From Klebsiella pneumoniae (GTDB lineage Bacteria; Pseudomonadota; Gammaproteobacteria; Ga0077536), in the NCBI GenBank assembly GCA_945876945.1, contig CAMCQE010000006.1, positions 1-62,706 of the forward strand: a stretch of DNA of 62,706 bases, given 5' to 3'. The number at the start of each line of letters is the position of its first letter. Position 1 is the stretch's first letter. The translations under genes and the position numbers were made by a program. Shown here piece after piece: positions 1-9,462 of the stretch. Under the pieces are notes generated by a model that saw only the letters and a program-made list of their open reading frames with translations, was not told the origin of the DNA and did no database searches.

Positions 1-2
1 TT

Positions 3-650
3 GATCGAGGTTATTCAGAACACGCCGTGCTCAACATCGGCGGCATCGCGAACCTGACGCTGTTCACTTCGATTGGAGAGACTTTCGGCTTCGACACCGG
101 ACCTGGAAACACCTTGATGGACCTATGGATTCAAACCCATTCAGGCAAATCCTACGACACGGATGGCGCGTGGGCGCGGTCAGGTAACGTCTGCCCCGCT
201 CTGCTCGAATTATTGTTAAGCGATCAGTATTTCTCGCTAGCTGGCCCCAAGTCCTCAGGTCGGGACTATTTCAATCTCGAATGGCTCGCACGCTACCAAG
301 ATAAAACATTGGGAATGCCGATATCTCCCGCCGACATACAAGCGACGCTCGCAGAATTAACGGCTTGCTCGGTCACTCGCTCACTCAAGAGCGCGCTACC
401 TCACTGCAAGCAGTTAGCGATATGCGGCGGTGGCGTGAAGAACAGTTATCTGCTCGACAGAATTCGCACCCAACTATCGGGAATCGAAATCGTATGCACG
501 GAACAGTTGGGGATTCCGGCATCTGCGGTAGAAGCTTGCGCGTTTGCCTGGTTGGCAGCGCGCCGGCTGAGCGATGAGCCGGGCAACCTCCCGTCTGTGA
601 CGGGGGCTGCCCGCAGTCTCGTGCTGGGCGGCATTCACCACCCGAACTGA
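3..650 (+). CDS. anmK: Anhydro-N-acetylmuramic acid kinase, 5'-truncated by window edge
   Basis: LNIGGIANLT, GFDTGPGN, KSSGRDYF, CGGG, EACAFAWLA, GNLPSVTGA motifs; frame open back to the window start. Confidence 0.95.
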   Translation, partial: DRGYSEHAVLNIGGIANLTLFTSIGETFGFDTGPGNTLMDLWIQTHSGKSYDTDGAWARSGNVCPALLELLLSDQYFSLAGPKSSGRDYFNLEWLARYQDKTLGMPISPADIQATLAELTACSVTRSLKSALPHCKQLAICGGGVKNSYLLDRIRTQLSGIEIVCTEQLGIPASAVEACAFAWLAARRLSDEPGNLPSVTGAARSLVLGGIHHPN

Positions 651-667
651 AAAATGACAGCTAAGGC

Positions 668-1018
668 TTAGACAGAAAAGGACGAGCCGCAACCGCAGGT
701 TGTGGTGGCGTTAGGGTTTCGAATCACAAATTGCGCCCCTTCAAGCCCTTCGCTGTAGTCAATTTCGGCACCACTCAAATACTGAATACTCATAGGGTCA
801 ATCAGAAGCTTAACGCCCTGATTTTCAACCACTGTATCGCCGTCTCCTTCGGCCTGATCAAAAGTGAAGCCATACTGGAAACCAGAGCAACCGCCACCGG
901 AAATAAACACTCTCAGCATTAAAGACTCGTCGCCCTCTTCATCAATTAGTTCTTTGACCTTCAGGGCGGCAGCATCAGAAAAATTAAGTGCTGGAGGAAT
1001 TTGCTCGAAAGAATTCAT
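668..1018 (-). CDS. erpA: Fe-S cluster insertion protein ErpA
   Basis: [11 protein letters not shown] and [14 protein letters not shown] motifs; next to anmK and bactofilin. Confidence 0.95.
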   Translation of the reverse strand: MNSFEQIPPALNFSDAAALKVKELIDEEGDESLMLRVFISGGGCSGFQYGFTFDQAEGDGDTVVENQGVKLLIDPMSIQYLSGAEIDYSEGLEGAQFVIRNPNATTTCGCGSSFSV

Positions 1019-1052
1019 GGATTGTTTCCTCGCCGTAACTTGATACGGGCTG

Positions 1053-1502
1053 TTATTCGGGATTATTCCCGCTGTCCTCAGAACTGTTATGCGTCAACGC
1101 CAAGGGCGGTCGATCAGGATCGGTGATTCTGACCAATTTGCCGTTTACCTCAGCACCCATCGCCATTTCAATCAATCGGTAATGGACGTCACCGTGGACT
1201 CTGGCGTTCGCGGCCAATTCAATGTGCTCGCTCGCGAACACGTCTCCCGTCACTACGCCGTCCAGAATGACCCGCGGCACATTCACGTTTCCTTTGATGG
1301 AGCCTTTTACACTAACGGTGAGGACGGCGTTCGCCTTTTCAAGGCAAGACACGGCGCCAACGATAGTTCCGTTGACATGCAACCCTCCTGAAAAAACGAG
1401 ATCTCCGTTGATGGTTGTCTGTTGGCCAATCAAGGATTCAATACGTGCGGCATGCTTTTTTCGGCCACCGAACAGTCCTGAAATGCCAAACAACTGTGCC
1501 AT
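1053..1502 (-). CDS. Bactofilin (polymer-forming cytoskeletal CcmA family)
   Basis: [23 protein letters not shown]...[22 protein letters not shown] beta-helix pattern; start uncertain (ATG 1502 or TTG 1532). Confidence 0.88.
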   Translation of the reverse strand: MAQLFGISGLFGGRKKHAARIESLIGQQTTINGDLVFSGGLHVNGTIVGAVSCLEKANAVLTVSVKGSIKGNVNVPRVILDGVVTGDVFASEHIELAANARVHGDVHYRLIEMAMGAEVNGKLVRITDPDRPPLALTHNSSEDSGNNPE

Positions 1503-1620
1503 GTTTTTAACCGGAGATTTGATATTCGACAAAGGGGTGAGGCAGTAGGCCAGCGCGAGAGGCTACCTGCGCCGGGATTCAGTATAGTTCCTGCTCATAG
1601 CTACTGGAACGTTGTCCATC

Positions 1621-2046
1621 ATGTATCTCTGGCTGAAATCCCTGCACATCATCAGCATGGTCACGTGGTTTGCCGGTTTGTTCTACCTGCCTAGACTCTT
1701 TGTCTACCACGCGCAAAGCAGCGATCAACTCAGCATTGAGCGCTTCAAGATCATGGAGCGCAAGCTCTATCGGGGTATCACAACCCCGGGAGGCGTGCTT
1801 ACGCTGATATTTGGCGCATCAATGATCTGGATGCTTGGCTATGAAAACTTCTGCGCGGCTCGCTGGCTGCACTACAAGCTATTGTTGGTTGCCGTGCTGG
1901 TGGTCTATCACGCCTATCTCGGGCGATTGGTCGGCGTTTTCGCCCGAGACGCAAACTCGCGAAGCCATGTGTTTTATCGTTGGCTTAATGAGTTCCCGGT
2001 GCTGATTCTGGTCGGCGCGGTCGTACTGGCGGTCATCAAACCCTGA
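1621..2046 (+). CDS. hemJ: Protoporphyrinogen IX oxidase HemJ
   Basis: WLKSLHIISMVTWFAGLFYLPRLFVYH, MERKLY, NEFP, terminal KP. Confidence 0.93.
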   Translation: MYLWLKSLHIISMVTWFAGLFYLPRLFVYHAQSSDQLSIERFKIMERKLYRGITTPGGVLTLIFGASMIWMLGYENFCAARWLHYKLLLVAVLVVYHAYLGRLVGVFARDANSRSHVFYRWLNEFPVLILVGAVVLAVIKP

Positions 2047-2054
2047 GCAAGCGC

Positions 2055-2228
2055 TTATTCAGTCAGGAGCTCAAAATCTTCCTTGCGCGCCTTACAGTCC
2101 GGACAAGTCCAATTCATCGGCAGCGACTCAAACGGTGTGCCGGGGGGAATTCCCTCGTCCGGCAGACCGAGCGCCTCGTCGTAGATGAAGCCGCAAATCA
2201 GACAGAAATAGCGTTTCGTAGCACTCAT
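2055..2228 (-). CDS. Rubredoxin, 57 aa (absent from the ORF track)
   Basis: Hand translation: MSATKRYFCLICGFIYDEALGLPDEGIPPGTPFESLPMNWTCPDCKARKEDFELLTE*; two CxxC knuckles. Confidence 0.95.
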   Translation of the reverse strand: MSATKRYFCLICGFIYDEALGLPDEGIPPGTPFESLPMNWTCPDCKARKEDFELLTE

Positions 2229-2272
2229 TTCATGTGGACTCCCTCAAACTTCTCACTGCGGAGAGCGCTGAG

Positions 2273-3058
2273 TTGGAAGATTTAATTCAGCCTCAAATCT
2301 TACGGCGCCCCACGGTGCTCGTCATTGCCGGACACGACCCTGCCGGCGCCGGCATTCAAGCAGATATTGAAACTGCCGCGTCGCTGGGTTGTTACGCGGC
2401 GACTCTCGTCACCTGCCTTACAACGCAAAACAGCCGCGGCGTGCAGGCCATTCTGCCAACGCCTGCGGCAGCGCTGCTGGCACAAGCCACATGCCTGCTC
2501 GAAGACATCACGGCGCCGGTCGTCTGCAAGCTAGGGCTCATCCCCGATCAGGAGACGCTTGAGGTCGTTTTGGAGATCATCAATCGCCTCCTGCCCGCTG
2601 GTACTCGCGTTGTCGTCGACCCTGTTCTTGGCGCAACTGCCGGGGGCCCGCTCTCCAGACCAGAAATGGCTGCGGCGATTGCCACGAGGCTGTTGCCTGT
2701 CTGTACGGTGGCGACGCCAAACAAGCGGGAATTCTCCCGGCTCGAGCAAGCTGCCTGCGAACTTGGCGGTGCGACGAGCACGGCTGCCTGGACGCTGATT
2801 ACCGGCGCGGACGAACCCGCCAATATCATCCGGCACGAATTGCAGCAGGGCCGGCGCCGGTATGCGGACTATGACTGGCCGAGAATAGACGGCATCTTCC
2901 ATGGTTCGGGTTGCACGCTCGCAACTGCCGTGGCGGCGTTTCTGGCGCATGGCATGAGCGTGCCGGTGGCGGTTGGGCAGGCCCTGAATTACACATGGAA
3001 TACGCTTTTGAGACCGACCGCGCCAGGCGGCTCGCAATATCTGCCCGGCAGATCTTGA
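2273..3058 (+). CDS. thiD: Hydroxymethylpyrimidine/phosphomethylpyrimidine kinase
   Basis: AGHDP-AGAGIQAD, VVVDPVL, ATPN, HGSGCTLA; TTG at 2273 preceded by GGAGAG; upstream of thiE-hemL. Confidence 0.85.
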   Translation: MEDLIQPQILRRPTVLVIAGHDPAGAGIQADIETAASLGCYAATLVTCLTTQNSRGVQAILPTPAAALLAQATCLLEDITAPVVCKLGLIPDQETLEVVLEIINRLLPAGTRVVVDPVLGATAGGPLSRPEMAAAIATRLLPVCTVATPNKREFSRLEQAACELGGATSTAAWTLITGADEPANIIRHELQQGRRRYADYDWPRIDGIFHGSGCTLATAVAAFLAHGMSVPVAVGQALNYTWNTLLRPTAPGGSQYLPGRS

Positions 3059-3071
3059 GGACAAAACGAGC

Positions 3072-3716
3072 ATGAAAAGACGGCTACCGGCGCGCGGGCT
3101 CTACGCCATTACTTCAGATCACGAGCAGTACTCGCGGGCGCTGTTGGCTAGCGCGGATGCGGCGCTGCGGGCCGGGGCTGAAATAATCCAGTACCGCCGC
3201 AAAAACCTCCCGCCAGCAAGCGCGCAGCGAGAAGCGGCGGCCTTGGCCTCGCTCTGCGAGCAGTACGGCGCCTTGCTGATCGTCAACGACAATATCGAAC
3301 TAGCCCTTGAAGCAGGGGCCCACGGCGTTCACCTGGGACGCGAGGACGGGGATCTCCAAAACCTTCCCGAGGCGGTCAAGGCGCGATTGTTGATTGGGAT
3401 TTCCTGCTACAACTCGCTAACACTCGCCGAAATCGCAGCCGAAGGTGGCGCCGATTATCTGGCCTTCGGGAGCGTCTTCGTCTCCGGCACCAAACCCGCC
3501 GCAGTCCATTGTCCGCTGTCAGTGCTCAGCGAAGCCAAAGCAAGATTCGGCTTGCCCGTCGTTGCGATAGGCGGCATCACGCCGGACAATGGCGCGGCAG
3601 TCATTCAGGCTGGCGCAGATTTTCTCGCCGCAATAGGCGGTGTTTTCGAACAAGCCGACGTTCATGCCAGCGCTGTGCGCTATGTCCAGCTTTTCCAAAC
3701 TTCAGAGTTTTTATAA
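3072..3716 (+). CDS. thiE: Thiamine phosphate synthase
   Basis: GLYAIT, IQYRRK, IVND, GVHLG, GISCYN, SGTK, VAIGGIT. Confidence 0.95.
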   Translation: MKRRLPARGLYAITSDHEQYSRALLASADAALRAGAEIIQYRRKNLPPASAQREAAALASLCEQYGALLIVNDNIELALEAGAHGVHLGREDGDLQNLPEAVKARLLIGISCYNSLTLAEIAAEGGADYLAFGSVFVSGTKPAAVHCPLSVLSEAKARFGLPVVAIGGITPDNGAAVIQAGADFLAAIGGVFEQADVHASAVRYVQLFQTSEFL

Positions 3717-5009
3717 ATGTTTGAGCGATCCCAAGCACTTTTCAATGAGGCAAAAGACTGTATCCCCGGCGGCGTTAACTCGCCGGTCCGCGCCTTTAAT
3801 GGCGTCGGGGGCACCCCCATATTCATGGAACGAGCAGAAGGCCCATGGTTGTTTGATGCCGATGGCAATCGCTACATCGACTATATCTGCAGTTGGGGAC
3901 CCGCCATCGCAGGCCACGCCCATCCCGCAGTGCTTGATGCCATCCGCGAGCAATTGGCGCTGGGGCTTGGCTTTGGGACGCCAACCGCAATCGAATCGGT
4001 GCTGGCACGCAAAGTCCGCGAACTCATGCCCATGGCTGAGCAGGTGCGCATGGTCAGTTCCGGCACCGAGGCAGCGATGAGTGCCATTAGGCTTGCCCGG
4101 GGGTTTACCGGGCGGGATGTCATCATCAAATTTGAGGGGTGTTATCACGGTCACGCCGACTCACTGCTCGTGAAGGCTGGCTCTGGCGCGTTGACGCTTG
4201 GGGTGCCCACTTCACCCGGCGTGCCGGCTGAACTGGCAAAACTTACCCTCACGCTGGACTACAACGATATCGACCAGGTGGCCTCGGTGATGTCGACCCA
4301 CGGCGCTCAGGTTGCCGCGATCATCGTTGAACCGATTGCAGGGAACATGAACTGCATTCTGCCCCGCCCCGGATTTTTGGAAGGGCTCCGCGAACTCTGT
4401 ACACGCTATGGCAGCGTGCTGATTCTCGATGAAGTCATGACCGGCTTTCGCGTGAATGCCGGTGGCGCGCAGAGCCTATACGGCGTGACGCCTGATTTGA
4501 CGGTGCTGGGCAAAATTATCGGCGGGGGCTTACCCGTTGGGGCGTTCGCTGGCGGGGCGGAAATCATGTCGCATATCGCGCCCAGCGGCCCTATCTACCA
4601 GGCAGGCACTTTGTCCGGTAGCCCTTTGGCCATGGCCAGCGGCCTTGCCACCTTGGAACTGGTGTCAGCGCCCGGATTCCATGCCGAACTCGGTCGGCGC
4701 ACCCACCAGTTGACCGAAGGGCTGAGCGCCATTGCGAGTCGTTGCGGCATCCCGTTCACCACCAATGAGGTGCCCGGCATGTTCGGCTTCTTTTTTACCG
4801 AACAATCCCGCGTTGAGACCTTCAAGGATGTTGCGGCCTGCGACATTGCGCGCTTCAAGGCCTTCTTTCACGCCATGCTGGAAGCCGGCGTGTATCTCGC
4901 GCCCTCTGCGTTTGAGGCGGGCTTTCTGTCCTCGGCCCATTCAGAGGCCGTCATCAATGCGACGCTGGAAGCGGCCGAAGTGGCTTTCAAGCGACTCCGG
5001 GGCGGCTGA
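3717..5009 (+). CDS. hemL: Glutamate-1-semialdehyde 2,1-aminomutase
   Basis: [49 protein letters not shown]. Confidence 0.97.
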   Translation: MFERSQALFNEAKDCIPGGVNSPVRAFNGVGGTPIFMERAEGPWLFDADGNRYIDYICSWGPAIAGHAHPAVLDAIREQLALGLGFGTPTAIESVLARKVRELMPMAEQVRMVSSGTEAAMSAIRLARGFTGRDVIIKFEGCYHGHADSLLVKAGSGALTLGVPTSPGVPAELAKLTLTLDYNDIDQVASVMSTHGAQVAAIIVEPIAGNMNCILPRPGFLEGLRELCTRYGSVLILDEVMTGFRVNAGGAQSLYGVTPDLTVLGKIIGGGLPVGAFAGGAEIMSHIAPSGPIYQAGTLSGSPLAMASGLATLELVSAPGFHAELGRRTHQLTEGLSAIASRCGIPFTTNEVPGMFGFFFTEQSRVETFKDVAACDIARFKAFFHAMLEAGVYLAPSAFEAGFLSSAHSEAVINATLEAAEVAFKRLRGG

Positions 5010-5014
5010 TAGCC

Positions 5015-5569
5015 TCAGATTTCGGTGAACAAGCCGACGCGCAGATTGGAACCGGCATAAATTTTCTCGCCGTCCACTTCCATCACCGCGTCGGCAATCC
5101 CCATCACCAAGCCCCGCTGCACCACGCGCTTGAGATCAATGCGATAGGTCACGAGTTTTTTATCCGGGGTTACCTGACCTGAAAACTGGATTTCGGAGCC
5201 GCCGAGGGCGCGCCCGCGTCCCAATCCGCCTTTCCAGGCCAGAAAAAAGCCGATGAGCTGCCACATGGCATCCAATCCGAGGCATCCCGGCATTACCGGA
5301 TCCCCCTGAAAATGGCACTGGAAAAACCAGAGCGCGGGGTCGATGTCCAGTTCTGCCACGATTTCGCCTTTACCGTAGCGGCCCCCAACGTCGTCAATTT
5401 TCATGATGCGGTCGAACATCAGCATCGGCGGTTGGGGAAGCTGGGCGTTGCCCGCCCCGAACAACTCGCCGCGACCGCAGGCAAGCAATTCATCATTTGA
5501 GTAGGCGTGCTTGCGCAGTCCGTTAGCGATGACTGGCGCGGTGGCGTTGATAGGGTCGGATGGAGGCAT
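5015..5569 (-). CDS. fabA: 3-hydroxydecanoyl-ACP dehydratase/isomerase
   Basis: [37 protein letters not shown]; true start near ATG 5569, not 5935. Confidence 0.93.
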   Translation of the reverse strand: MPPSDPINATAPVIANGLRKHAYSNDELLACGRGELFGAGNAQLPQPPMLMFDRIMKIDDVGGRYGKGEIVAELDIDPALWFFQCHFQGDPVMPGCLGLDAMWQLIGFFLAWKGGLGRGRALGGSEIQFSGQVTPDKKLVTYRIDLKRVVQRGLVMGIADAVMEVDGEKIYAGSNLRVGLFTEI

Positions 5570-5593
5570 TGGCGTCACTCTAGAGGGGAGGCG

Positions 5594-5602
5594 AGTATAA
5601 CA
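5594..5602 (-). promoter_or_regulatory. Extended -10 sigma70 element upstream of fabA
   Basis: Minus strand TGtTATACT, about 25 nt before the fabA ATG; no good -35. Confidence 0.5.
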
Positions 5603-5630
5603 GTTGAAAACAGGGCTGCCCGTCTGGGCG

Positions 5631-7010
5631 TTAATCGAATTCGAAGACCACAGTGATAAGGGTATTGCCCGGCGCCGAATTGATTCTGATAGTGCCCCCG
5701 TAGCCGCCTTCAACCACGTCCCGCACAACCGAGAGGCCGATCCCCTGCCCCTCCGCCGACTCATCAAGCCGCAAGCCTCGGCGCAAGACTTCCGAGGCCA
5801 GCGCGGCGGGCATCCCCGGACCATCATCGTGCACGCTGACCTCCAGCGCCGGCCGGTTTTGACCCGGCCGGCGGGGTAATGGGCGCACCGAGATGGCCAC
5901 CGCTGAGCGCGCCCACTTGCAGGCGTTGTCAGCAAGATTCCCCACCACTTCCATCAAGTCGCCCTGATCGCCATAGAACAGCGCATCGGCTTCCGCCGTG
6001 GTGGTGATATCGAGCGCCCGTGCGTGGTAGACCTTCCTCAGCGAACCCGCAATTCGTTCAAGCACGGGCGAGGCCTCCAGCGGCGGCGCGAAGGCATGCC
6101 GCCCGACGGTGGCCGCCCGTTGCAACTGGTAGCGCACGGTATCGTCAATTTGGGCCACCTGATCTTGCACCGTCTTGCGCGCTTCGCCTCCAAGTTCAAC
6201 GTCTTCAAGCTGGGATCGAATAACTGCCAGCGGCGTTTTGAGACTGTGCGCAAGGTCGCCCAAAGCATTGCGGTAGCGTTGAACATGAAAATCACGCGCC
6301 TTGATAAGCGCATTCAGGTTGCGGGTCAGCGCCCGGAGTTCACGCGGATAGGCACCGGTGATTTCACTCTGGCGACCCGCCTCGATCGCCCGCACCTCAA
6401 CCGCCACCTGACGCAGCGGGCGTAGGCCCCAGCGCAAGATCAAGGTCTGCACGAGCAGCATCAGGGCCGTTAGCCCGCCAAACCATCCCCATAAACTGCG
6501 ACGAAAGCGCTGGATCTGCTGGTCATAGGCTTTACGCGCTTCGCAGACCTGAAATTCGTAGGTGGTGGGCTCAGCTTTGCCACGGGTTTCCCACTCCACG
6601 GCATAGCTCAGACAAAACAAAGGCTCCGCGGCAGAGCTGATCGGGGCCTGAAAACTAAACTCACCCACTTTGGTCGTTGGCGGTTGCTGCACGCCGAGCC
6701 CGAGCATGGAGCGCGAACGCCAGACAGGATCGCCGGCGGCAGAAAATATCTGCGCGTATTGCCCGGAATCTGGTACTGCCAGTGAGGGATTGGGCAGGGT
6801 GTCGGGTAGCGGGTGGACCGCCGGCTCGTCCAGATTGGCCAGACTGAGCAGCATAAAAATCTGGGCCTTGAGTCGGTCCTGAACGGAAGCCATCGCGGTT
6901 TCGCGAAAGACATGGTCAATCGCGAAGCCGGCCACTCCGAGGAACACCACCAGCATAGCGCCGGCGGCTGACAGAACCCGGGCATTAAGCGAGCGCGGCA
7001 TCACCGTCAT
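5631..7010 (-). CDS. PhoQ/CarS-like sensor histidine kinase
   Basis: Two TM segments, [15 protein letters not shown]-box, [11 protein letters not shown]-box, DDGPG, GQGIGL. Confidence 0.9.
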   Translation of the reverse strand: MTVMPRSLNARVLSAAGAMLVVFLGVAGFAIDHVFRETAMASVQDRLKAQIFMLLSLANLDEPAVHPLPDTLPNPSLAVPDSGQYAQIFSAAGDPVWRSRSMLGLGVQQPPTTKVGEFSFQAPISSAAEPLFCLSYAVEWETRGKAEPTTYEFQVCEARKAYDQQIQRFRRSLWGWFGGLTALMLLVQTLILRWGLRPLRQVAVEVRAIEAGRQSEITGAYPRELRALTRNLNALIKARDFHVQRYRNALGDLAHSLKTPLAVIRSQLEDVELGGEARKTVQDQVAQIDDTVRYQLQRAATVGRHAFAPPLEASPVLERIAGSLRKVYHARALDITTTAEADALFYGDQGDLMEVVGNLADNACKWARSAVAISVRPLPRRPGQNRPALEVSVHDDGPGMPAALASEVLRRGLRLDESAEGQGIGLSVVRDVVEGGYGGTIRINSAPGNTLITVVFEFD

Positions 7011-7028
7011 GCCCGCACGCGCAACTGC

Positions 7029-7721
7029 TTAGCCGTCGTTTTGTTGATTGGGCGCGAATCGGAAGCGATAACCCTGGCCACGTGCCGTTTCCACCGGATT
7101 CAAGGTCCGCGAAGGATCTAGCTTACGGCGCAGGCGTCCGATGATGACTTCCAGCACGTTACTGTCGCGGTCGGCGTCTTCCTCATAGAGATGCTCGGAC
7201 AACTCCCCTTTGGAAACGACCTTGCCCGCATGCAGCATGAGGTATTCAAGAACCTTGTATTCGAAGGCAGTAATTTCGATTTCGACGTCTTCCGCGAACA
7301 GCGTTTTCGCGGAGGTATCCAGCGTAAATGGCCCGCAGCGCAGTCGCGGGTCAGACCATCCAGCCGCCCGACGCAACAGCGCGCGCACCCTCGCCAGTAA
7401 CTCCTCGGTGTGGAACGGCTTGACCAGATAATCGTCGGCGCCGAGTTCGAGGCCAGCGACCTTGTCTTCCCAACTGCTCCTCGCAGTGAGGATGAGAATC
7501 GGGAAGCTGCGGTCGGCGGCTCGCCACCGCTTGATCAGTTCGGTGCCTGGAATATCCGGCAGACCGAGATCAACGATGGCGAGATCGATGGGATATTCAG
7601 AACCCGCAAATAAACCGTCACGCCCGTTGCCCGCCGCGTCGACGGCGTAGCCTTCGGAGCGCAATCGGGTGGCGAGCGTGTCGAGCAAATTCGGTTCGTC
7701 CTCGACGATCAACACGCGCAC
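7029..7721 (-). CDS. PhoP-like OmpR-family response regulator
   Basis: MRVLIVED, DLGLPD, LTARSSWEDKVAGL, DSNVLEVIIGRLRRKL. Confidence 0.92.
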   Translation of the reverse strand: MRVLIVEDEPNLLDTLATRLRSEGYAVDAAGNGRDGLFAGSEYPIDLAIVDLGLPDIPGTELIKRWRAADRSFPILILTARSSWEDKVAGLELGADDYLVKPFHTEELLARVRALLRRAAGWSDPRLRCGPFTLDTSAKTLFAEDVEIEITAFEYKVLEYLMLHAGKVVSKGELSEHLYEEDADRDSNVLEVIIGRLRRKLDPSRTLNPVETARGQGYRFRFAPNQQNDG

Positions 7722-7738
7722 TGGGCACTCCTGATTAA

Positions 7739-8020
7739 TTAACGTAATTCGCCGGAACTGCTGTCGACGACCACCGTCCGTACGCGGCCCGGGTCGACCA
7801 GCAGGCGCACGGCATAACTCCGGGGGCTTTCATCCGCCATCAGGCGCACATCCAGCACACGACCTCCAGTGTTTTCGCGCGCGATCGCCGCCGCGCGGTC
7901 CGCTTCGGGTGGCGCGATCGCCGTAGCGTCGCTCTTTTGTTCTTTCCCTTGCACAGCCTCACTACCATTCAAGACAGCCAGCAGGCCGAGCGTGCAAAAA
8001 GCAATTGACCGTTTGCGCAT
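7739..8020 (-). CDS. Exported PepSY-domain protein
   Basis: Signal peptide, then AAAIARENTGGRVLDV...YAVRLL...GRVRTVVVD; usual position upstream of PhoPQ-like pairs. Confidence 0.8.
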   Translation of the reverse strand: MRKRSIAFCTLGLLAVLNGSEAVQGKEQKSDATAIAPPEADRAAAIARENTGGRVLDVRLMADESPRSYAVRLLVDPGRVRTVVVDSSSGELR

Positions 8021-8068
8021 TCGTAAATGTCCAGATTCCTTGCTGGACCGTATGCTCGCGAATCGGGC

Positions 8069-8085
8069 CTTAACGGGTACTGAAC
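8069..8085 (-). promoter_or_regulatory. PhoP-box-like direct repeat upstream of the PepSY-RR-HK operon
   Basis: Minus strand GTTCAG-tacccGTTAAG (11-bp period), about 50 nt before the PepSY ATG. Confidence 0.55.
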
Positions 8086-8906
8086 TCTCTCATCAGCGGG
8101 CGATCGTGTTGGAGCGACGGCACCATCTGTCGCGCCTCGGCCACTTTCGCGGTGTCCACTTCCGCAATCACATAGCCTTCGTCGTCGCCGGCATCGGCCA
8201 GCACCTGCCCCCATGGGTCAACAATCAGGGAATGGCCGTAGGTGCGTCGTCCCCAATGACGGCGTCCGGATTGTCCCGCCGCGAACACAAAACAACCGTT
8301 TTCAATGGCGCGCGCCCGCACCAGCACGTGCCAGTGGGCTTCGCCCGTGGTCGCTGTAAACGCCGCAGGAATGGCCAGAAAGTCGGCGCCGCGTTGGGCT
8401 AATTCGCGATAGAGATGAGGAAAGCGGACGTCGTAACAAATGCTCAATCCAAGCTTGCCCCAGGGGAGTTCAGCAGCCGCGAGGGTCTCGCCAGGCGCAA
8501 CGGTATTGGATTCCCGATACATCTCGCCCTGACGCAAGGCCACGTCGAAAAGGTGAACCTTGTTGTAGGTGGCAAGGCAGGCGCCGTTCGCATCAAACAC
8601 GTAACTGCGGTTACTCACCCGTCCGTCTCCGCGCTGGATGGTCAACGACCCAAGGGAGAGCACAACGCCTAATTCACGCGCCAATTCAGGGAAGACCGTG
8701 AGCGCCGGATGCGTCTCCTCCGTATAGCCACGGGTGAGATAGTCGGTGTCTTTCGGTTCGAGACAGGCAAAATTCTCTGGCAAGCAGATGAGCTCGGCGC
8801 CATCGGCCGCGGCGGCACGCGACAGCGCGATCGCACGCTCGATGTTCTCCAGCACCCGCTCTTCGGCGCAATTCTGAACACAGGCCACTTTGAATTTTGC
8901 AGGCAT
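8070..8906 (-). CDS. Carbon-nitrogen hydrolase (Nit1/deaminated glutathione amidase family)
   Basis: LPENF, YNKVHLFDV, SICYDVRFP (E-K-C triad), HWHVLVRARAIEN, TYGHSLIVDPWG. Confidence 0.92.
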   Translation of the reverse strand: MPAKFKVACVQNCAEERVLENIERAIALSRAAAADGAELICLPENFACLEPKDTDYLTRGYTEETHPALTVFPELARELGVVLSLGSLTIQRGDGRVSNRSYVFDANGACLATYNKVHLFDVALRQGEMYRESNTVAPGETLAAAELPWGKLGLSICYDVRFPHLYRELAQRGADFLAIPAAFTATTGEAHWHVLVRARAIENGCFVFAAGQSGRRHWGRRTYGHSLIVDPWGQVLADAGDDEGYVIAEVDTAKVAEARQMVPSLQHDRPLMREFSTR

Positions 8907-8909
8907 GGA

Positions 8910-9389
8910 CTAGCCCAACTGGTGGTCGGCGATCGCGATGCCGTCGCCATCGGCGTAAAGATAGTCACCCGGTGAGACGGTAACTTCGGCGAACCGCAGC
9001 GTGACATCACGCGCGCCCTCGCCTTTTTTGACGCTCTTTCTCGGATTGGACGCAATCGCCTTAACGCCGATGGGGAGCCCGGAGAGGGCGCCGCTGTCCC
9101 GAATGCACCCGTAGACGATGATCCCGGTCCAGCCGTTTTTGACCCCCAACTCGGCCAGTTGATCGCCGACCAGCGCGCAGCGCAGGGAGCCGCCGCCATC
9201 GACCACTAACACACGATTGAGCCCGGGTTCTTCCAGCAGGCCGCGGACCAGACTGTTGTCCTCAAATACCTTGACGGTAACGACTTCGCCTTCGAATACG
9301 AGCTTCCCCCCGAAATCTCGAAAAATCGGGGCGGGAATTCGGAGCGCCTCGCCGTGTGCATCGTAAAGGTCCGCGGTTGCCTGACTCAT
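8910..9389 (-). CDS. rraA: RraA family protein (RNase E regulator/HMG aldolase)
   Basis: TADLYD, VKVFEDNSLV, VLVVDGGGSLRCALVGD, GCIRD, YADGDG. Confidence 0.92.
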   Translation of the reverse strand: MSQATADLYDAHGEALRIPAPIFRDFGGKLVFEGEVVTVKVFEDNSLVRGLLEEPGLNRVLVVDGGGSLRCALVGDQLAELGVKNGWTGIIVYGCIRDSGALSGLPIGVKAIASNPRKSVKKGEGARDVTLRFAEVTVSPGDYLYADGDGIAIADHQLG

Positions 9390-9462
9390 GGTGTTCACTC
9401 CAAGTTGCGGGGGACTCTCGCTTGGCGGTAAGTCCGGAATGTCGCCACCAAACCGCGCGGGG

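Noticed and set aside
5570-5935. N-terminal extensions in the ORF track (fabA, rraA, slt, NDUFA9-like, yqeY, yjbQ, glnA)
   Set aside because: They overlap neighbouring genes or leaders; family homology begins at the downstream starts given.
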